Numbered from the stretch's first letter, positions 13,580 to 28,652 are shown. The stretch is DNA of 64,000 nucleotides from Eledone cirrhosa (GCA_964016885.1 OZ024745.1:107198001-107262000); one strand, 5' to 3'. Notes: generated by a model from the letters alone, not told the origin. Made by a program: numbers and translations.

Positions 13580-13900
13580 GAAGTACGACAGTATCAAAGA
13601 GCAGTAATCAAGTTCCTTATTGGAAACTTTCACAAAAGACTAAAAAGTGTATAAAAAGATAAAAGGCTAGACTACAGCAAAGTGTGGATATAGACCCACC
13701 ATATGAATGAGAATTCAGCAGAACAAGAAAAATTAGAAAATTTAAGCAGAGCAGACATGCTTCTCAGTGGCCGCCCGTAAACTTCTGTTAAACCTACCTA
13801 CTAGGAAAAAGCAGCCGCTTTAATTAGATCTGATAGGCGCATAGCCAATGATGAGCTGCCATCAGCGCTCGGAGTTAGGCATCGTAGTATTTAGCGATTC
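13580..13900 (+). pseudogene. Mariner transposase N-terminal HTH relic
   Basis: Manual translation QRAVIKFL..HKRLKSV*KD..LDYSKV...SGRP*TSV...LIRSDRRI..DEL...LGV, with several stops. Confidence 0.7.
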
Positions 13901-14335
13901 GATTCACTAAAAAGACGCCCTCCAAGAATGGAAGCTATGGATTATCTGGGTGTCGATAAAAATATATCATTCGAAATGGTTATGTCTTTGAAACTCTATA
14001 AAGGTACTCTGCCTGCCTTTTTTAAACATGCAACAGCTTATTGTTTATATCCTATCTTTGCTTAATTAAGTCGAGAGTGACAAATTTGTAGAGAATAAAT
14101 GTTGTTATAATTTAAATAGTGTGAAATAGAATATATATCGGTGCGGATTCGTATCATTTGCATGTCGAAAATGTTGTTTTCCTTTTCCAAACATGTGTAT
14201 AAATTGATAGTAACATTACGAAACTCGTGCACACATACATACTCATACTAGAAGAAAACCGCTCGGGGGGAAGCTTCAACCGTTAAGGTTGTCTTTTTTC
14301 CGGGTATGTCAATATTTATTTATAAAACAAATCTG

Positions 14336-14401
14336 TATTTTATCTGATGAAAGCGCACCATAATTTGCCTTGGTTGCCCTTGAAATATATATAATAAAAT
14401 A
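14336..14401 (+). ncRNA. Type I hammerhead ribozyme
   Basis: TATTTTAT-CTGATGA-AAGcGCACCA/TGGtTGCcCTT-GAAA-TATATA-TA^ATAAAATA; stem I extends via ATTTATAAAAC/GTTTTATAAAT. Confidence 0.7.
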
Positions 14402-14556
14402 ATTATGGTTTTATAAATATAGTTTCCATTTATTAATATATTGAATATTTTTTCCACTAAATTGTTGAGTGCTTTATATCAGTTATAAGTTATAAAAAAT
14501 TTTAAGCTTGTTGAATCCCAACAAATTAAATATAACCTCTGTATATATATATGTGC

Positions 14557-14675
<119 letters not shown>

Positions 14676-14705
14676 CTAGCAGAAATACCACCCTCCGAGC
14701 GGTTT

Positions 14706-14773
<68 letters not shown>

Positions 14774-15014
14774 ATACATATATATATATACATAAACTTA
14801 TAAAGAAATTCGTTTTCAAATCTAAAATCTAAAAAGGTGTAGGTGAAAAAGTTATATCATCTCAAAATACGGTAATTCATAAACTGTACACATAACTAGA
14901 TGTAATATTCAAAAAAAGAAAACATTTATATGAAATCCTATTGTGTTCGATTAATTACACGTAGAGCAAACTATTCATTAAAATATGTTACCAAACGCTT
15001 ATTCACATGATAAT

Positions 15015-15058
15015 TTGATTTAGAATTGTTTCATCCCCATAGGACTTATCAAAATCAA
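15015..15058 (-). ncRNA. Hammerhead-like motif with U3-A8 core variant
   Basis: TTGATT-TTGATAA-GTCCT/GGGAT-GAAA-CAATTC-TA^AATCAA. Confidence 0.5.
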
Positions 15059-15142
15059 TTATTTTATAAATTATTACCTCAACATGTTCATCTTTTCGAA
15101 CGCACAAACATTTGGGAGATCTTTGTTTATATACACACACAC

Positions 15143-15189
<47 letters not shown>

Positions 15190-15207
15190 TGTGTATGCAT
15201 ATATATA

Positions 15208-15245
<38 letters not shown>

Positions 15246-16544
15246 GAGAGAGAGGGGGAGGAGAGAGAGAAAGACATAGAGAGAAAGACATAGAGAAAGT
15301 AAGTCAAAAAGAGAGAAAATCCACAAACATAGCTTTGTTAAAGTGGGTGGAAAAAAACGAATATTACTTATTCAGTCCGTTAAACAATGGGTTTTGTACT
15401 AAATAATATTAAATGAAAATGCAAAATAAAATAACATATTATAGCATTACAAGAGGAAATTGAACTCTAATTACACAGTATTGGAGCGAATCACATTAGG
15501 TCAGGCCGACCCGTACGCGAAATTATCTCTCAAAATTCTAACCAGGTATAGATATTATATTCTTCACCACAATTCCTCTATAATTTGCCACTTTATGTTT
15601 ACGTATCAAGCAAGCCTCTCGTTTAAAAGATATGGTTTCATTAACCAGGTGTTAATCCGTTTCACACGCATCAATATTCGCTTCCCCAGAATACTTATGA
15701 ATATTTATTAATCCGCAAGTCAAGTGACTTTGATCTACAACCAACGCCAGAAAAGAAAGCAAGTTTTTGCCCATTCGTGTTAAATAAGGTGAGGAAATTT
15801 ATGACATTGAATATGAAAAAGTGTTTTTTTTTTGTTGTTGTCGGCAGTGGTGTGTGATGGGTACGTTAACAAGTCATGCTTTCATCGACTAATATAGCAC
15901 AGAAGAGAGTTACTGCTCGTTAAAAGTGTTGCTAATATTGATTTCTTAATAAGGAACAAGAGATATTTCGTTCTTCTAACTTATAGAAATAGTCAGTTAA
16001 TTTTGAACCAATGTATTACTGGTTCAATAAAAATGTACACTAGCTCACTCTCTGATGTTTGGTCTTAGTTACATACAGCTCAATACGTTGTTTCGTTGGT
16101 GAATTAAGAGTGAGTAGAAAATATGTATTAAACACTTGATAGAAGAGACGTATAGCAACAGCAGTTTTAGTAATGGTCATCCCATCTTTTTGTATATCAG
16201 AGTTTACATTTTGCAATGAATGCTTTTTTTATTTAAACATTTTGCAAGACGAAAGAACGATTCTTTGTCATGAATATGAATTTAATACGGCCTCCATGTT
16301 CATCGGCATATTTAAGAGACACACAATGTTGTAAGGATTCATACCAGGCTTTCTGACAGAGGATATCAAAATCTTTCTCCTATTCTTCAGTCTATTTCGG
16401 AAACCTACAAACATATATCGGGCGCTGCCCTTAATTCTTTGCCCAAGTAAAAAAAATGCAAGATGTGAAATATAGTAACTTGAAGTAGTGCAAAATTCTA
16501 CAATTACGTCTTTTTCTGTGTCTGCAACTCAAATTTATTATGCA

Positions 16545-16908
16545 CTAGCTGCCCGTCCTGCTGGCGCGCGGCTAGGTATACCTGGCCCCACCACTCCACT
16601 GCAAAGATACCATACAACCTCCCATATCACATTGTCCTTCCGACTCTCTCTCTCTCTCTCTCTCGCGCTCTCGCTCTCGCTCTCTCGCTCTCCTTCTCTC
16701 TCTCCTTCTCTCTCTCCTTCTCTCTCCCCTTCTCTCTCCCCTTCTCTCTCTCCTTCTCTCTCTCTCTCTCTGTATATATTGAAGGGAGATACGGAAACTC
16801 AAACAGTGTTGTCATATAGAGAGTGAAGAGCGACAGAGAGTAAAGCGGTTAAATTATAGAGAGGGGGGAATGATCTTACATACATACATACATACATATA
16901 AAGTATAG

Positions 16909-16972
<64 letters not shown>

Positions 16973-17058
16973 TTGTGTATGTGTGTATGTGCATGTGTGT
17001 GTCTGTTTTGTTTTGATGTTATCCGGCAATTGGCGAAATCAGGTGTGAAAGTATGTGT

Positions 17059-17096
<38 letters not shown>

Positions 17097-17759
17097 TATG
17101 CGAGCGACGACAGAAAAAGTGTGTGGGATACATACATTATTATATTTGTCTGTGGTGAATTGGCAGTATCGTTAGAGGGTCGGACATGCTTTCCAGCATA
17201 GTTACGTCCCTTTACGATCTGAGTTCAAATACCGCCGAGGTTGACTTAGCCTGTCATCCTTACGGGGTCGATAAAATAAAGTACCAGTAATGAACTGGGT
17301 AATTGCTGGCCTTGTGCCTAAAGTAGAAACAATTATTATATTTGTCTGTATTTTCGTTCTGCAACCATTATATTATGATATTTGTATCCACATGATTTTA
17401 GATGTATGTATTACCTGCTTGCCCATCCCCCTGTTTCTCTTTCCCTGTCTCTATCTCCTCTCTCCTCTCTCCTCTCTCCCCTCTCTCTCTCTTTAGGTGT
17501 GTGTGTGTGTGTGTAGTTTTCCTAATCTGTCTCTTTCACTCTCTGTCTCTCTAAGAGGGTTGCCTTTTGATGTATGTATTACCTGCTTGTGTGTTGACCG
17601 AATTTGAAGGAGGTTATCCTTTTGAAATAAACATACATACGACGTTCATATATATTGAAGGTAGATACGGAAATTAAAAGAGTGTTGTCATATAGAGAGT
17701 GAAGAGAGACAGAGAGTAAAGCAATTAAATGATAGAGAGGGTGAAAGAGAGCGAGAGAG

Positions 17760-17839
<80 letters not shown>

Positions 17840-18019
17840 GACGCTCAGCTTTATAATATTTGAGATTGAAGAGCGACAGAGAGAGTAAAGCAGTTAAATT
17901 ATAGAGGGGGGAATGATCTATTATGGAGATAGGGAAGCGCGATGGAGAGAGTAAATCTAAGAAACTATAGGGATGTGTGTACATAATACACACGACACTC
18001 AGCTTTATAATATTATAGA
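16545..18019 (-). mobile_element. Non-autonomous Helitron-like element, copy B
   Basis: Minus strand 5' A|TCTATAATATTATAAAGC, 3' GC-rich hairpin-like GCCGCGCGCCAGCAGGACGGGC then CTAG|T; internal microsatellites. Confidence 0.7.
17154..17331 (+). mobile_element. SINE inserted in Helitron B with 18-bp TSD
   Basis: TSD ATTATTATATTTGTCTGT at 17136-17153 and 17332-17349; empty site in copy A near 10240. Confidence 0.95.
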
Positions 18020-18547
18020 TTAGTGAGTGTTTTACCGAATTCTTTGTTCCACCGCACTTAACTCATACCATTAGGCTTTGGGGTGTTGTTAAGCACCAAG
18101 TGACTTTTAATCAACCGGGCAGACATACAACGAAATATATTCCAGTTATGACCATCTATTTTGTCTTTTATTGTAGCCATAGTATACCTAGAACTACATT
18201 ATCTAATTAGTTCTTTCTGAAAATATTATGGTGTAATATGAGATAGATTTAGCTGCAAATTCTAGCAGGTCAATCTATAGTTCCAAATACTGTAATGTGC
18301 CTGTGAGAATTGAAAGCGAATTTTAAATATATCTCTGCAAACATAGTGGTTGTAATTCTAGAATGTAATGGATAATGTACCCGAGCCAACGAAATAACAA
18401 CAGGTTCTCCCAAGCTGCATTTATAAGAAACAAAATATAAGTTATAATATAAACACATCGAACAATGAGTTCCATTTAAGTTATTTCCTAACAATTGAAC
18501 AATAAAGACCATTATAACATAACCAACATAATGAACCAACAATATTC

Positions 18548-18763
18548 GGTGGATTGACAGTATCAGTGGAGCGTCAGAAAACATGCTTTTTGGCATGGAG
18601 TTACGGCCCTTTACGATCTGAGATAAAAACTTGCCGAGGTTAGCTTTGCCTTTCATCCTTACGGGGTTGATAAAATAAAATACCTGTAAACCATTGGGGT
18701 CAATTTAATCGACTTTACCATTTCCCCAAAATTGTTGACCTTGTGCCTAAATCAGAGACCAAT
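18548..18763 (+). mobile_element. SINE, long variant
   Basis: Matches in-window long variant. Confidence 0.85.
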
Positions 18764-19146
18764 ATTTCTGTTAGCTAGGTAGAACGCCATCGTTTGTTAT
18801 TCTTCTTATTATTAATGATGCTGTTTAGCCACTGATCAACTCTGATCGAGCAGATCTACGATCTAAGATATGTAGGAAAACTACATTATGTTATATGTTT
18901 GTACGCTTTTTAATTCTACAAGGCGTCGTTTGGGGTGGATTTGGCTGTTAGAGGCTCTCTTATTTCGTCCGACTGAACACCACATTTTCTTTAAGGAAAA
19001 GTGGTCTCAAGACTAGTATATTGCAAGTTAATTTATTCTTCTTACACCTCTCCATCCCAGTAGATATATATTTAATATGAAGGTAAAAGAAACAAAGTAG
19101 TATAAGTTATTTAGCTGTAGTACATTTTACAGTCTAAATTATATTC

Positions 19147-19339
19147 AATAATTGTTTCTATTTTAGTCACAAGGCCAGCAATTATCCCAATACATTACTG
19201 GTACTTTATTTTATCGACCTCGTAAGGATGAAAGGCAAAGTTAACCTCGGCGGGATTTGAACTCAGACCATAAAGGGCCGTAACTCTTTGCTATAAAGCA
19301 TGGCTTCCGACTCTCTACCGATACTGCCAAACCACCGCC
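19147..19339 (-). mobile_element. SINE
   Basis: Matches in-window consensus. Confidence 0.9.
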
Positions 19340-20612
19340 TTAAATTATATTCAATAATGTTTTCTTGTGTGAGCCAAATCTATTGAACGAATACACAATT
19401 GATGAAATCTGACACGGCACGGTGCGTATTTTGTTTTCGTTTTTTTTCGAATCTAGAGTGAGGTTAGGTAAATTAAAAACTGACTGGATATGAACTCAGG
19501 ACCTGATGATAATAGAGATATAAGAATTTGGTTTAAGTGAAATTAAATACTGAAAAGGAATTTAGTCTGATAGTGTTGTTGTAAACATACCACAACTTCA
19601 AAGCTATTTCTTATAATAACACGCAGTAAGTCGAGCCAGCAAGGGAGTTTCTAAGTGGCCTTACAACATTGTCGAAAAATAACAGCTTTCTTTCAAACCA
19701 CAAAGATACTGGGGATAGTGAGATACCTGAGAAAAGGATAGGATGGCCATGACTTTAGTACGTTTGATCATATGTCAGTGCGATCAGGGTCGACTTGGGA
19801 CTGAACAACAACATCAATAACATCTACAAGCACTGCATCAGTTACAGTAAATTGATACAATTATATATCAAAGCATAATAAAAAAAAAAATCAGAAAAAT
19901 GGTTATCTCGTAAACAAATAGGAGCAAATTTTGATATGAATCATTGTGGGAGTGACTGTCAAATAAATACATCAGTCACTTGACAAGTGACAAGTTAATT
20001 AACACCGCTAGGTTTTATCATTGAAGGCGTCAACTTTCATTCAGCCTAAGCTGTGTTTCCGAAACATCATTCGGAACTAGAAAAATTCGTAGCTCGAAGT
20101 ATTTCTTCTAATTATATGAAACAAAATGACATTCATTGTTTTTGTAATAATTTATTTCAATATAGAGGAATTTATGAGATTTTCGAAAGAATCCTCTGAT
20201 TTTCTGCACCGTTATAAACATTTGAGATGGAATTCAATTTTCAAAAATATAACGTTGTTAAAATTGAGTATAATTTCAAATCAAATGCCATTTGAATTTG
20301 ATATTTTATCAGGTGGATATTTCTTCACTTTCAATTTTTATTTTATTTCATTCAAGACATTCTATCTCTCTTGCCTACTTTCCTTTATTTATCACATATG
20401 AATTCGTTTATATACAAGAATTCATTATGTGGTGTTATACTAAATATATTAATTTGATCTGATATATGCACGAACACAAACACATAGATTATAGAATTTC
20501 ATTATAATTAAATATTCACATCACCTATTTCTTTCTTCCGCCCTCTTTCCCAATGTCTTTCTCCTTATAGCAAACAATACATAAATGTATATATATACAT
20601 ATATATGTATGC

Positions 20613-20668
<56 letters not shown>

Positions 20669-20789
20669 GTGTGTGTATGTGTGTGCATGTATGTGTGCTT
20701 TGATTATATCATTTATGAATAATTTGCCAATGCATATATATTATTTGTATGCATCTTTTGATAATACTGCTCTATATTTTTGAGACAAG

Positions 20790-21790
20790 GAATTATTTAC
20801 ATTATATATATTGGACGGATAGGTGACCTCATCTTGTTTTGTTGTTAACACAACATTTCGGCTGATGTACCCTCCAGCCTTCATCAGTGGTCCTACTGAT
20901 ATTATTATTAACGTTTGTTCAGGTCACTGCCTAGAATTGTACTCAGAATCTTGAGGTTAGTAGCCCGCTTTTTAACCACTTTTTTCTTTTCTCTCGTGAA
21001 ATTTTAGGGCTTATAAACTGATATTTTTCTATCCTTCCTCCATACCTGTTCCCATATACAACTCATATATGCATTAGGTCTGCTTAGGAGGTTATTGTGT
21101 CCTAGCATATGTGCTGCCTCTTTTAATTTTCGTATTTACCAGGGATGTACTCTGTTTATTATTTTAACTTCATCCCACAGGGGAAGGTGGTCTCCGTTTT
21201 TCCATACATGATCAGCTATACCCAATTTATCGATCTCTCCTCGTGTCACAGCTTTACGATGTTCTTCTACACTTATTTTGAGGGGGCGGCCTGTTTCGCC
21301 TTTGTATAACCTACTACAACTGTATGGGAATACACGCAGTCTTTGGTCATATTCTCTTTTATTGGTGGTACAACTCGAAGAAGATATTTGCGAAGTGCTG
21401 TATTACTCTTGAATACTGTCCTGATGTCATATGGACTGCATATCTTTTGTATCTTTTCCGAGAGGCCTTTTACATAAGATAGAGAGACTGTAGTCAATTT
21501 GGGGGTTTCATCCTCTCTCCCTTTCCTAATTGGAGTGGATAGTATGTTTTGGGGATAGTTGTTGCTTAACAAATTGTTACTTAGCTTGATCATTTCTTCG
21601 TGGTGTTTATCGGGATCGCTACTTATATTCTTTGATCGATGTTTTAGGCACTGAACCATCCCTCTCTTTACACGGTATCGATGGTAGGAATTGTAGTTGA
21701 GGTATCGTCCAGTGAAGGTTGGCTTGCAGTATACGGATGTCTTGAACCTATACTCAGTGCGTGCTATTAATACATCTTTTGATATCAAAA
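20790..21790 (-). mobile_element. 5'-truncated Penelope-like element (RT thumb + GIY-YIG endonuclease + pLTR)
   Basis: TSVYCKPTFTGRYLNYNSYH...; CVYS...YKGETGRPLK..VEEHRKAV..IADHVW...WDEVKII...RKLKEAAH across a frameshift. Confidence 0.9.
20848..20891 (-). ncRNA. Minimal type I hammerhead in the PLE 3' region (pLTR), slightly degenerate
   Basis: CTGATGA-aGGCTG/CAGCC-GAAA-TG-TT^GTGT, about 170 nt downstream of the GIY-YIG coding end on the same strand. Confidence 0.65.
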
Positions 21791-22007
21791 CTCATTTTTC
21801 TTTAATACATAATATTCTGCATTACACACACACACATATATATATATGTTATCCGAAATAGATGATAAGAGACTCTCGTATCGAGAACGATGGATGAGCG
21901 TGCAGTGAATTGATCAACAACCAACTTAACACTTTCGTGTAACTCTGAAGTTCAGTTAGTGCGATGTAGTGCGACAAGGTTGGAATTTTTAATAACAAAG
22001 ATATTCC

Positions 22008-22172
22008 ATTCGACGGGCTTCCACACAGTTTCCGTCGAAGCAAAATCGCCTAGAAGACTTGGGTCAATGTTATACTTTAGTAAAATTAACTTACCTAAAA
22101 CACCACACAGTGAGACACGAACCCAAGAACTCATGATAACAAAACAAACCGCTTCACCACTTGGCCAAGCCT
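22008..22172 (-). mobile_element. Old tRNA-headed CORE-type SINE
   Basis: TGGCCAAGTGG (A box), GGTTCGTGTCTC (B-box-like), CORE-like TTTTAGGTAAGTTAATTTTACT, 3' GACGGAAACTGTGTGGAAGCCCGTCG. Confidence 0.5.
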
Positions 22173-22633
22173 GTGAAGAAGCATTTAAGAAAGCAGCATA
22201 TAAAATTTAAAAAATCGTCAAATAACTAAAGAATATATTTTTTATGGTGTTCTAACAGTGATGTTATTTTAATGAATATCACTAATATAAATTATTTATC
22301 CAGAGATTAGAATACATCGAAATATCTGTTTACCAATATTAAGAATGAAAGATGTAATCGTTTGTAACATGTCTAATCTCTTGTATGCTATTGTTTTGCT
22401 GCTGATGTATTCACCTTAATTAGGAATTCGCATTGTAGGATGTCAGCTTTATATTGTTTTATGTATATTAAAATAGATAACTGTTGTTATACTAGCAATA
22501 TCAAGCAATTTAATTTTCAATAAACTTGTATAAACCACTTCAAGTTAGCCACTCTTATTAACCACAAAATGTTTCTTACATGAATTTATACCACACTCAT
22601 TCAAATCGGGAAAATAAACATATATATATATAT

Positions 22634-22927
22634 GACCTGTCCACCCTGCCTTTTGTCTTTGCACACGGCACCAGACAGAATTATTTCTTTCATCATCCGG
22701 TCTCATTTGGGAATGGTTTTGTATGGCGTCAGTTTGTGTTTTGAACTCGGGAATTTTATATTCTCTGAGGGAGAAGAGCCTTCTAAAGATTGCTCCCTTC
22801 TCAATGGAAATCCGCTTGGATTTTCCGTTTATTCTGGAGCATGAAAGCGCGGTAAAGGCACATATAGTAAGTACAGCGAATTTTTTAAAACTTATTTTAA
22901 AACTTTTTCTCTATTTGCTAGACCTTG

Positions 22928-22930
<3 letters not shown>
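22634..22930. repeat. Unclassified interspersed repeat bounded by (TA)n
   Basis: Diverged second copy at 31773-32072 and a fragment at 31535-31590. Confidence 0.65.
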
Positions 22931-22988
<58 letters not shown>

Positions 22989-23431
22989 ATGTGTGTATAC
23001 ACACACATATATATATATAAATATATATGTGTGTGTATGTGTGTGTGTATGTATGTATTTACACATACACACACACATATATATATAAATTATATATATA
23101 TAAATATACAGAGAGAGAGAGAGGGGGGGGGAGAGAAGGGGGTTGTCAAGAGATAGTGAGATAGATAAATAGAAAAGGAAATGATGGATGGTGGGAAAAC
23201 AAAAATCACTATATTTTACGATAGAAGCAGCCAAACTTTACGCATTATTGCACTGTTTCTAACTGTCTATTTGAGAGAGTTGTCAATGAGTTATAAGGTA
23301 ATAAATAATTCGCCCGATTGGTATTTTTATACTGAGGTGCTACTGCAATTTGAAGTTCAACTAAGAGTGGTGACAGATGGCCTAATATTGTCAGATTTAT
23401 AACAATCGGCTCTTAAGAGAATTGAAAAACA

Positions 23432-23514
<83 letters not shown>

Positions 23515-24223
23515 CACATACACACACACATACACACACATATTTATATATATGTTGGTGTGGGTATATATATATATATATATATATAACATAAACATAT
23601 ATATAGACATATATATATATATATGTCTACAGTTTGAATAAGGAAATATATTAAGTTTCTAAAGATTAACATAAATAATTTGGCACCAATATCATGTTGT
23701 ATTTTATTCTATATACGATAGAATACTAGATGACTTCATACGTGCATTACTGTGATATATCAGTTGATATCATTCGGATCAGTTGATAACATTCGGAAAG
23801 TAACCTCGTTTCTCATCCCCATTGAGCAGACCTATAATCAAATATATTCGTCGTGGCGTTCTTGTATTTTGCCGTTGGTCAACAATGCATATAATAGAAG
23901 AAAAAAAATACAAAAAAAATACAATATGCTCTTCTTTTTTAAGAGGTTATACTACATTTAGTAAAAGCATTGATACAAATGTGTGTATATTGATAGTGAA
24001 AAGCAGAGGTTCTCTTTACGAAAGTGTAGTTCATGACAAACGAATTAGTAGAACAGAAGAAGCAGAGGAGTTAGAAATATTCGAAGAAATAGCATGATAT
24101 ATGAAGCAAAAAGACACAAAACAGATAAAAGGAATGCTGAAGAGTAGCTTACCGATAAGGGGTTCGTGTGTGAAAAAAGAAAACAAAAGCGAGAATAATA
24201 ATGATTTCTGATATAGGAAGAAT

Positions 24224-24564
24224 AATAATTGTTTCTACTTTTGGCACAAGGCCAGCAAGTATTCCAGTACATTATTGGTACTTTATTTTATCGACCCTGT
24301 AAGGACGAATAAAGGGCCATAACTCTATTCTGCAAAGCATAGCGTCCGACCCTCCACCGATACTGCCAATCCACTATCCAATAATTGTTTCTACTTTAGG
24401 CACAAGGCCAACAATTACCCAGTGCATTACTGGTACTTTATTTTATCGACCTCGTAAGGATGAAGGGCAAAGTCAACCTCGGCGGGATTTGAACTCAGAT
24501 CGTAAAGGGACGTAACTATGCTGGAAAGCATGGCGTCCGACCCTCTACCGATACTGCCAATCCA
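24224..24564 (-). mobile_element. Two SINEs in tandem (24224-24374 internally deleted; 24380-24564)
   Basis: Second copy flanked by duplicated TATCCAATAAT. Confidence 0.9.
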
Positions 24565-25306
24565 CTATCCAATAATGCAGCTAAGAAGTTACCAAGAGTG
24601 CTAAAGAAGATACAAAAACAGAAAGATGGAGGACGACAAAAAGACAAGGAAAAATTGTTAGATAGTCAGAAACACAGAAAAGCAGCTAGACAAGGAAATA
24701 GAAATAGATTGAACAATAAATATAACGATAAAATCAACCAAAAATAACACTGAAAAGCAATCAGTAAATAGCGAAATTTTTAGATTTGTATGGAGGTTTC
24801 AATGCTGAACTTTTGAGACAATCTTTGTCGATTTAATTGTAAGTCCATTTGTTCAGATTCAATACAAAGTTATCTTCAGATTCTTTACAATACGCTGGTA
24901 ATTAAATAGCATATAAATACTTTTTTAATGTGCTTAAAGACATTCTGTTGAACTGCACAACCTTCGTTACTGTTACAGTCATTACAAATGGATTCTGATT
25001 CAAAAGCCATTTCTGTTTTTATCTAAATAGTCTTAACTAACCTAAACAAATCTGCAGGTCGACCGAAACGGCATATTTCTGATCCAAATAATACACATTG
25101 TATTTTAAAGTCACATAAACTGCTAATAGTTTAACTCAATGAAGCTGTCAAACGTACACATCTAACTTCATTCTGAATGTCCAAATAGTATATAAAAAGC
25201 CATATAAGTTTTATTTTAATGAACTTACGCTTATTTATTGGAATGGTTTCAAAATAGGAGTTTACATACAAAAACATACATTATATATATATATCTATCT
25301 ATCTAT

Positions 25307-27508
25307 CTAAGGCGGGTAAAATTACCGAGATCCATGGACGAGTTCTCTCCAGCGGTCTCTGTCCCTCATTATCGCTGCCATATCCTGCATCTCCAACAGA
25401 CCAGTGTCTGTCCTTAGGGCATCAACATATGTTAACCTTGGTCTTCCCCTTCTAGTGTGTCCATGTAGGAGCTCCCAAAGGAGCACTGAGTGCAATGTCA
25501 ACTCTGGATGTCGGTGAGCATGTCCAGCCAACCTCAGTCTCCTCTGTGTCACTTTTGAGCTGACTTTCGGGATGCTCCCATACAGCTCTGAGTTTTTCAT
25601 CCTCAGTGTATACTGATTAATGTTCAGAGCCATCCTCAGCATTCTCGTGTAGCACCCATCCACCATCTGAGTGAGTCTCTTGGTCAGTGTCCAAGTCTCA
25701 GACCCACACAGCAGCACAGACTCCACTACAGCAATGAAGAGGCGGATTTTCAGGTCTCTACGAAGGTCCGACTTCCACACCGATCTCAAGCTGTGACACG
25801 CCGCCCAGGCCTTGCTCTTCCTCTCAACCACATCATCTTCCGTATTCCCAATCTTTGCTCCCAAATACAGGAAGTCCTCAACCAATTCCAGCGGCTTCCC
25901 GCCTACATTAGTGATCCCCTCTGGCTTCTCAACATTCTCTACCAGATATTTTGTTTTAGTCTCATTCATTCTCAGCCCCACACTCATCGATACAGTCTCA
26001 ACCTCCCCCATCAAATCCTCTGCCTCCTTCACTGTATTTGTCACCAAAACTATGTCGTCGGCAAATTCAGCATCCGATACCTTTTTCGCCCCAACTCTGC
26101 TACTCTGAGCCGGTGCTACAGTAAAGCCAGAGTCCTGGTGTTTATCCAGTGCAAGGCGCATACAATAGTCCACTACGATGATAAAAAGGTAGGGAGCCAA
26201 TGTATCTCCCTGGAGCACTCCAGCCAGTATCTCAAAGAACTCTGTCATCCCATCAGGTGTAATGACTTGGGCTTTGGTGTTGGTGTAGAGCAGTGATATC
26301 AGGTCCACTATCCTCTTGGGGATTCCATAAGCCTGTAAGATCTTCATCAGGCAGTAACGGTCCACAGAATCAAAGGCCTTTCTAAAGTCAATGAAAACCA
26401 TGACCGCAGGAAGGCACTTTGCTCTAGCTCCCTCTAATATCCTCCTCAGCATCAGGATGTGACTGGTGGTTGATCTACCCTCTCTGAAGCCGTTCTGGTT
26501 GTCCCTGAGCTTCTTCTCCATCTCAGGCTGGATCCTGTTAAGAATCATCCTGTTGAGGGTCTTTGCCACAAGTGACGTCAGTGAGATCCCCGGTAGTTGT
26601 TGGTGTTAGAGAGATCTCCCTTCTTTGGCACTGGGACGATGTTACTGTTCCTCCACTGATTCGGGGCAACTCCTTTCTCCAGTGCCCCGTTACAGAACCC
26701 CAGGATGATATCATCAAAATCACACCTCTTCCTCACCTCTGATTCCACTCCATCTTCTCCATGAGCCTTGCCCTCCTTGATCTTCTTCTTGGCTCTCTGA
26801 AGCTCCTCTCTGGTGAAGGGCTCTGTCTCAACATCCAGTTCCTCAAACAGCCGCCTGATCTCCCCAGTGCTCTGGGCTGTGGAGGGTGGCTCTCCTAGTA
26901 GGGTCCTAAAATGGTCTAGCCATTTCCTCTTCCTATCCTCGGGCCCCGTTCCCTGGATCTGACTCGAACACCTTTTCTTCCTCCCTGTGATCTCGTTGAT
27001 GATCATCCAGCTCTCCTTACATCCAGATCTGTCAACCGCTCTCTCCACACTTCTGATCTTCTCTATCAGTGCCTCCTCTCTGACCTCAGTGTAAGCGGTA
27101 CAGAGCTCTTCCCTCATCACCTCCACAGTCTCCATCCTCTCCTCCGTAGGATCAGCATAGAATTGGTCCCTGGCAGCTTTCAGGTGTTCTCTGGCTGCAC
27201 ACACTTTTGGGTTTGCAGAGCTGACGTGCTTCCCTTTGTTCTTTTTCCTCGGCACCAGGGTTTCACTTGCTTTCGCCACTGCATTGGTGAAGTGCCCGTA
27301 CCTCCTCGTCGTACTCTCCTCAGTCCATCCAATCTCTCTCTCCTCTGACTCTCCACACAGAAAGCACTAAACCTGTTTCTAACTTCCACTGTGAACCTCT
27401 CCTGTAGCTTATCATCTTCCTTGAAAGCTCCCCAGTCATAGATTGTTCTCCGGGGCTGAGCCTTGCTCTTTCTTAAGCTCACACGGACCTCACTCATAAC
27501 AAGCCGGT
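25307..27508 (-). mobile_element. RTE-clade LINE, 5'-truncated, frameshifted RT
   Basis: [72 protein letters not shown]. Confidence 0.95.
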
Positions 27509-27549
27509 ATAGTAATAATAATAAATTTGAAGACTAAAATCCAAAGAGT

Positions 27550-27882
<333 letters not shown>

Positions 27883-27896
27883 TATATACATACATA

Positions 27897-27996
<100 letters not shown>

Positions 27997-28188
27997 TCAG
28001 AGCAAACAGCACGGACACTCTATCTCAAAATTATTTTTGAAAAGCATTTAGAAATGCGCAACCGGTAAAAACTTAAAAACTTAAAACCACAACTGAATAC
28101 TAACCCATACAATCACTAATACTCTTTTATTCCTAATTAAACCATTTTTCAACTGTGAACAATTTGTCAGCATTTTCTATTCCGTTTA

Positions 28189-28191
<3 letters not shown>

Positions 28192-28232
<41 letters not shown>

Positions 28233-28334
28233 TATATATATACATATACACACATATATATATATATATATACATACATATATATTTATATACATATATA
28301 TATATATATACACATATATATATATACATACATA

Positions 28335-28368
<34 letters not shown>

Positions 28369-28452
28369 CATATGTATATATATATATATACATATGTATA
28401 TATATATATATACATATGTATATATATATATACATATATATATATACATATG

Positions 28453-28484
<32 letters not shown>

Positions 28485-28490
28485 CATATG

Positions 28491-28522
<32 letters not shown>

Positions 28523-28580
28523 CATATGTATATATATATACATATATATATATATACATATGTATATATATATACATATG

Positions 28581-28652
<72 letters not shown>

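Noticed and set aside
15646-15734. Candidate middle exon of the host gene
   Set aside because: All frames hit stops before a usable donor.
22095-22170. Apparent exon with strong AG/GTAAGT sites
   Set aside because: Coincides with the head of an old CORE-type SINE.
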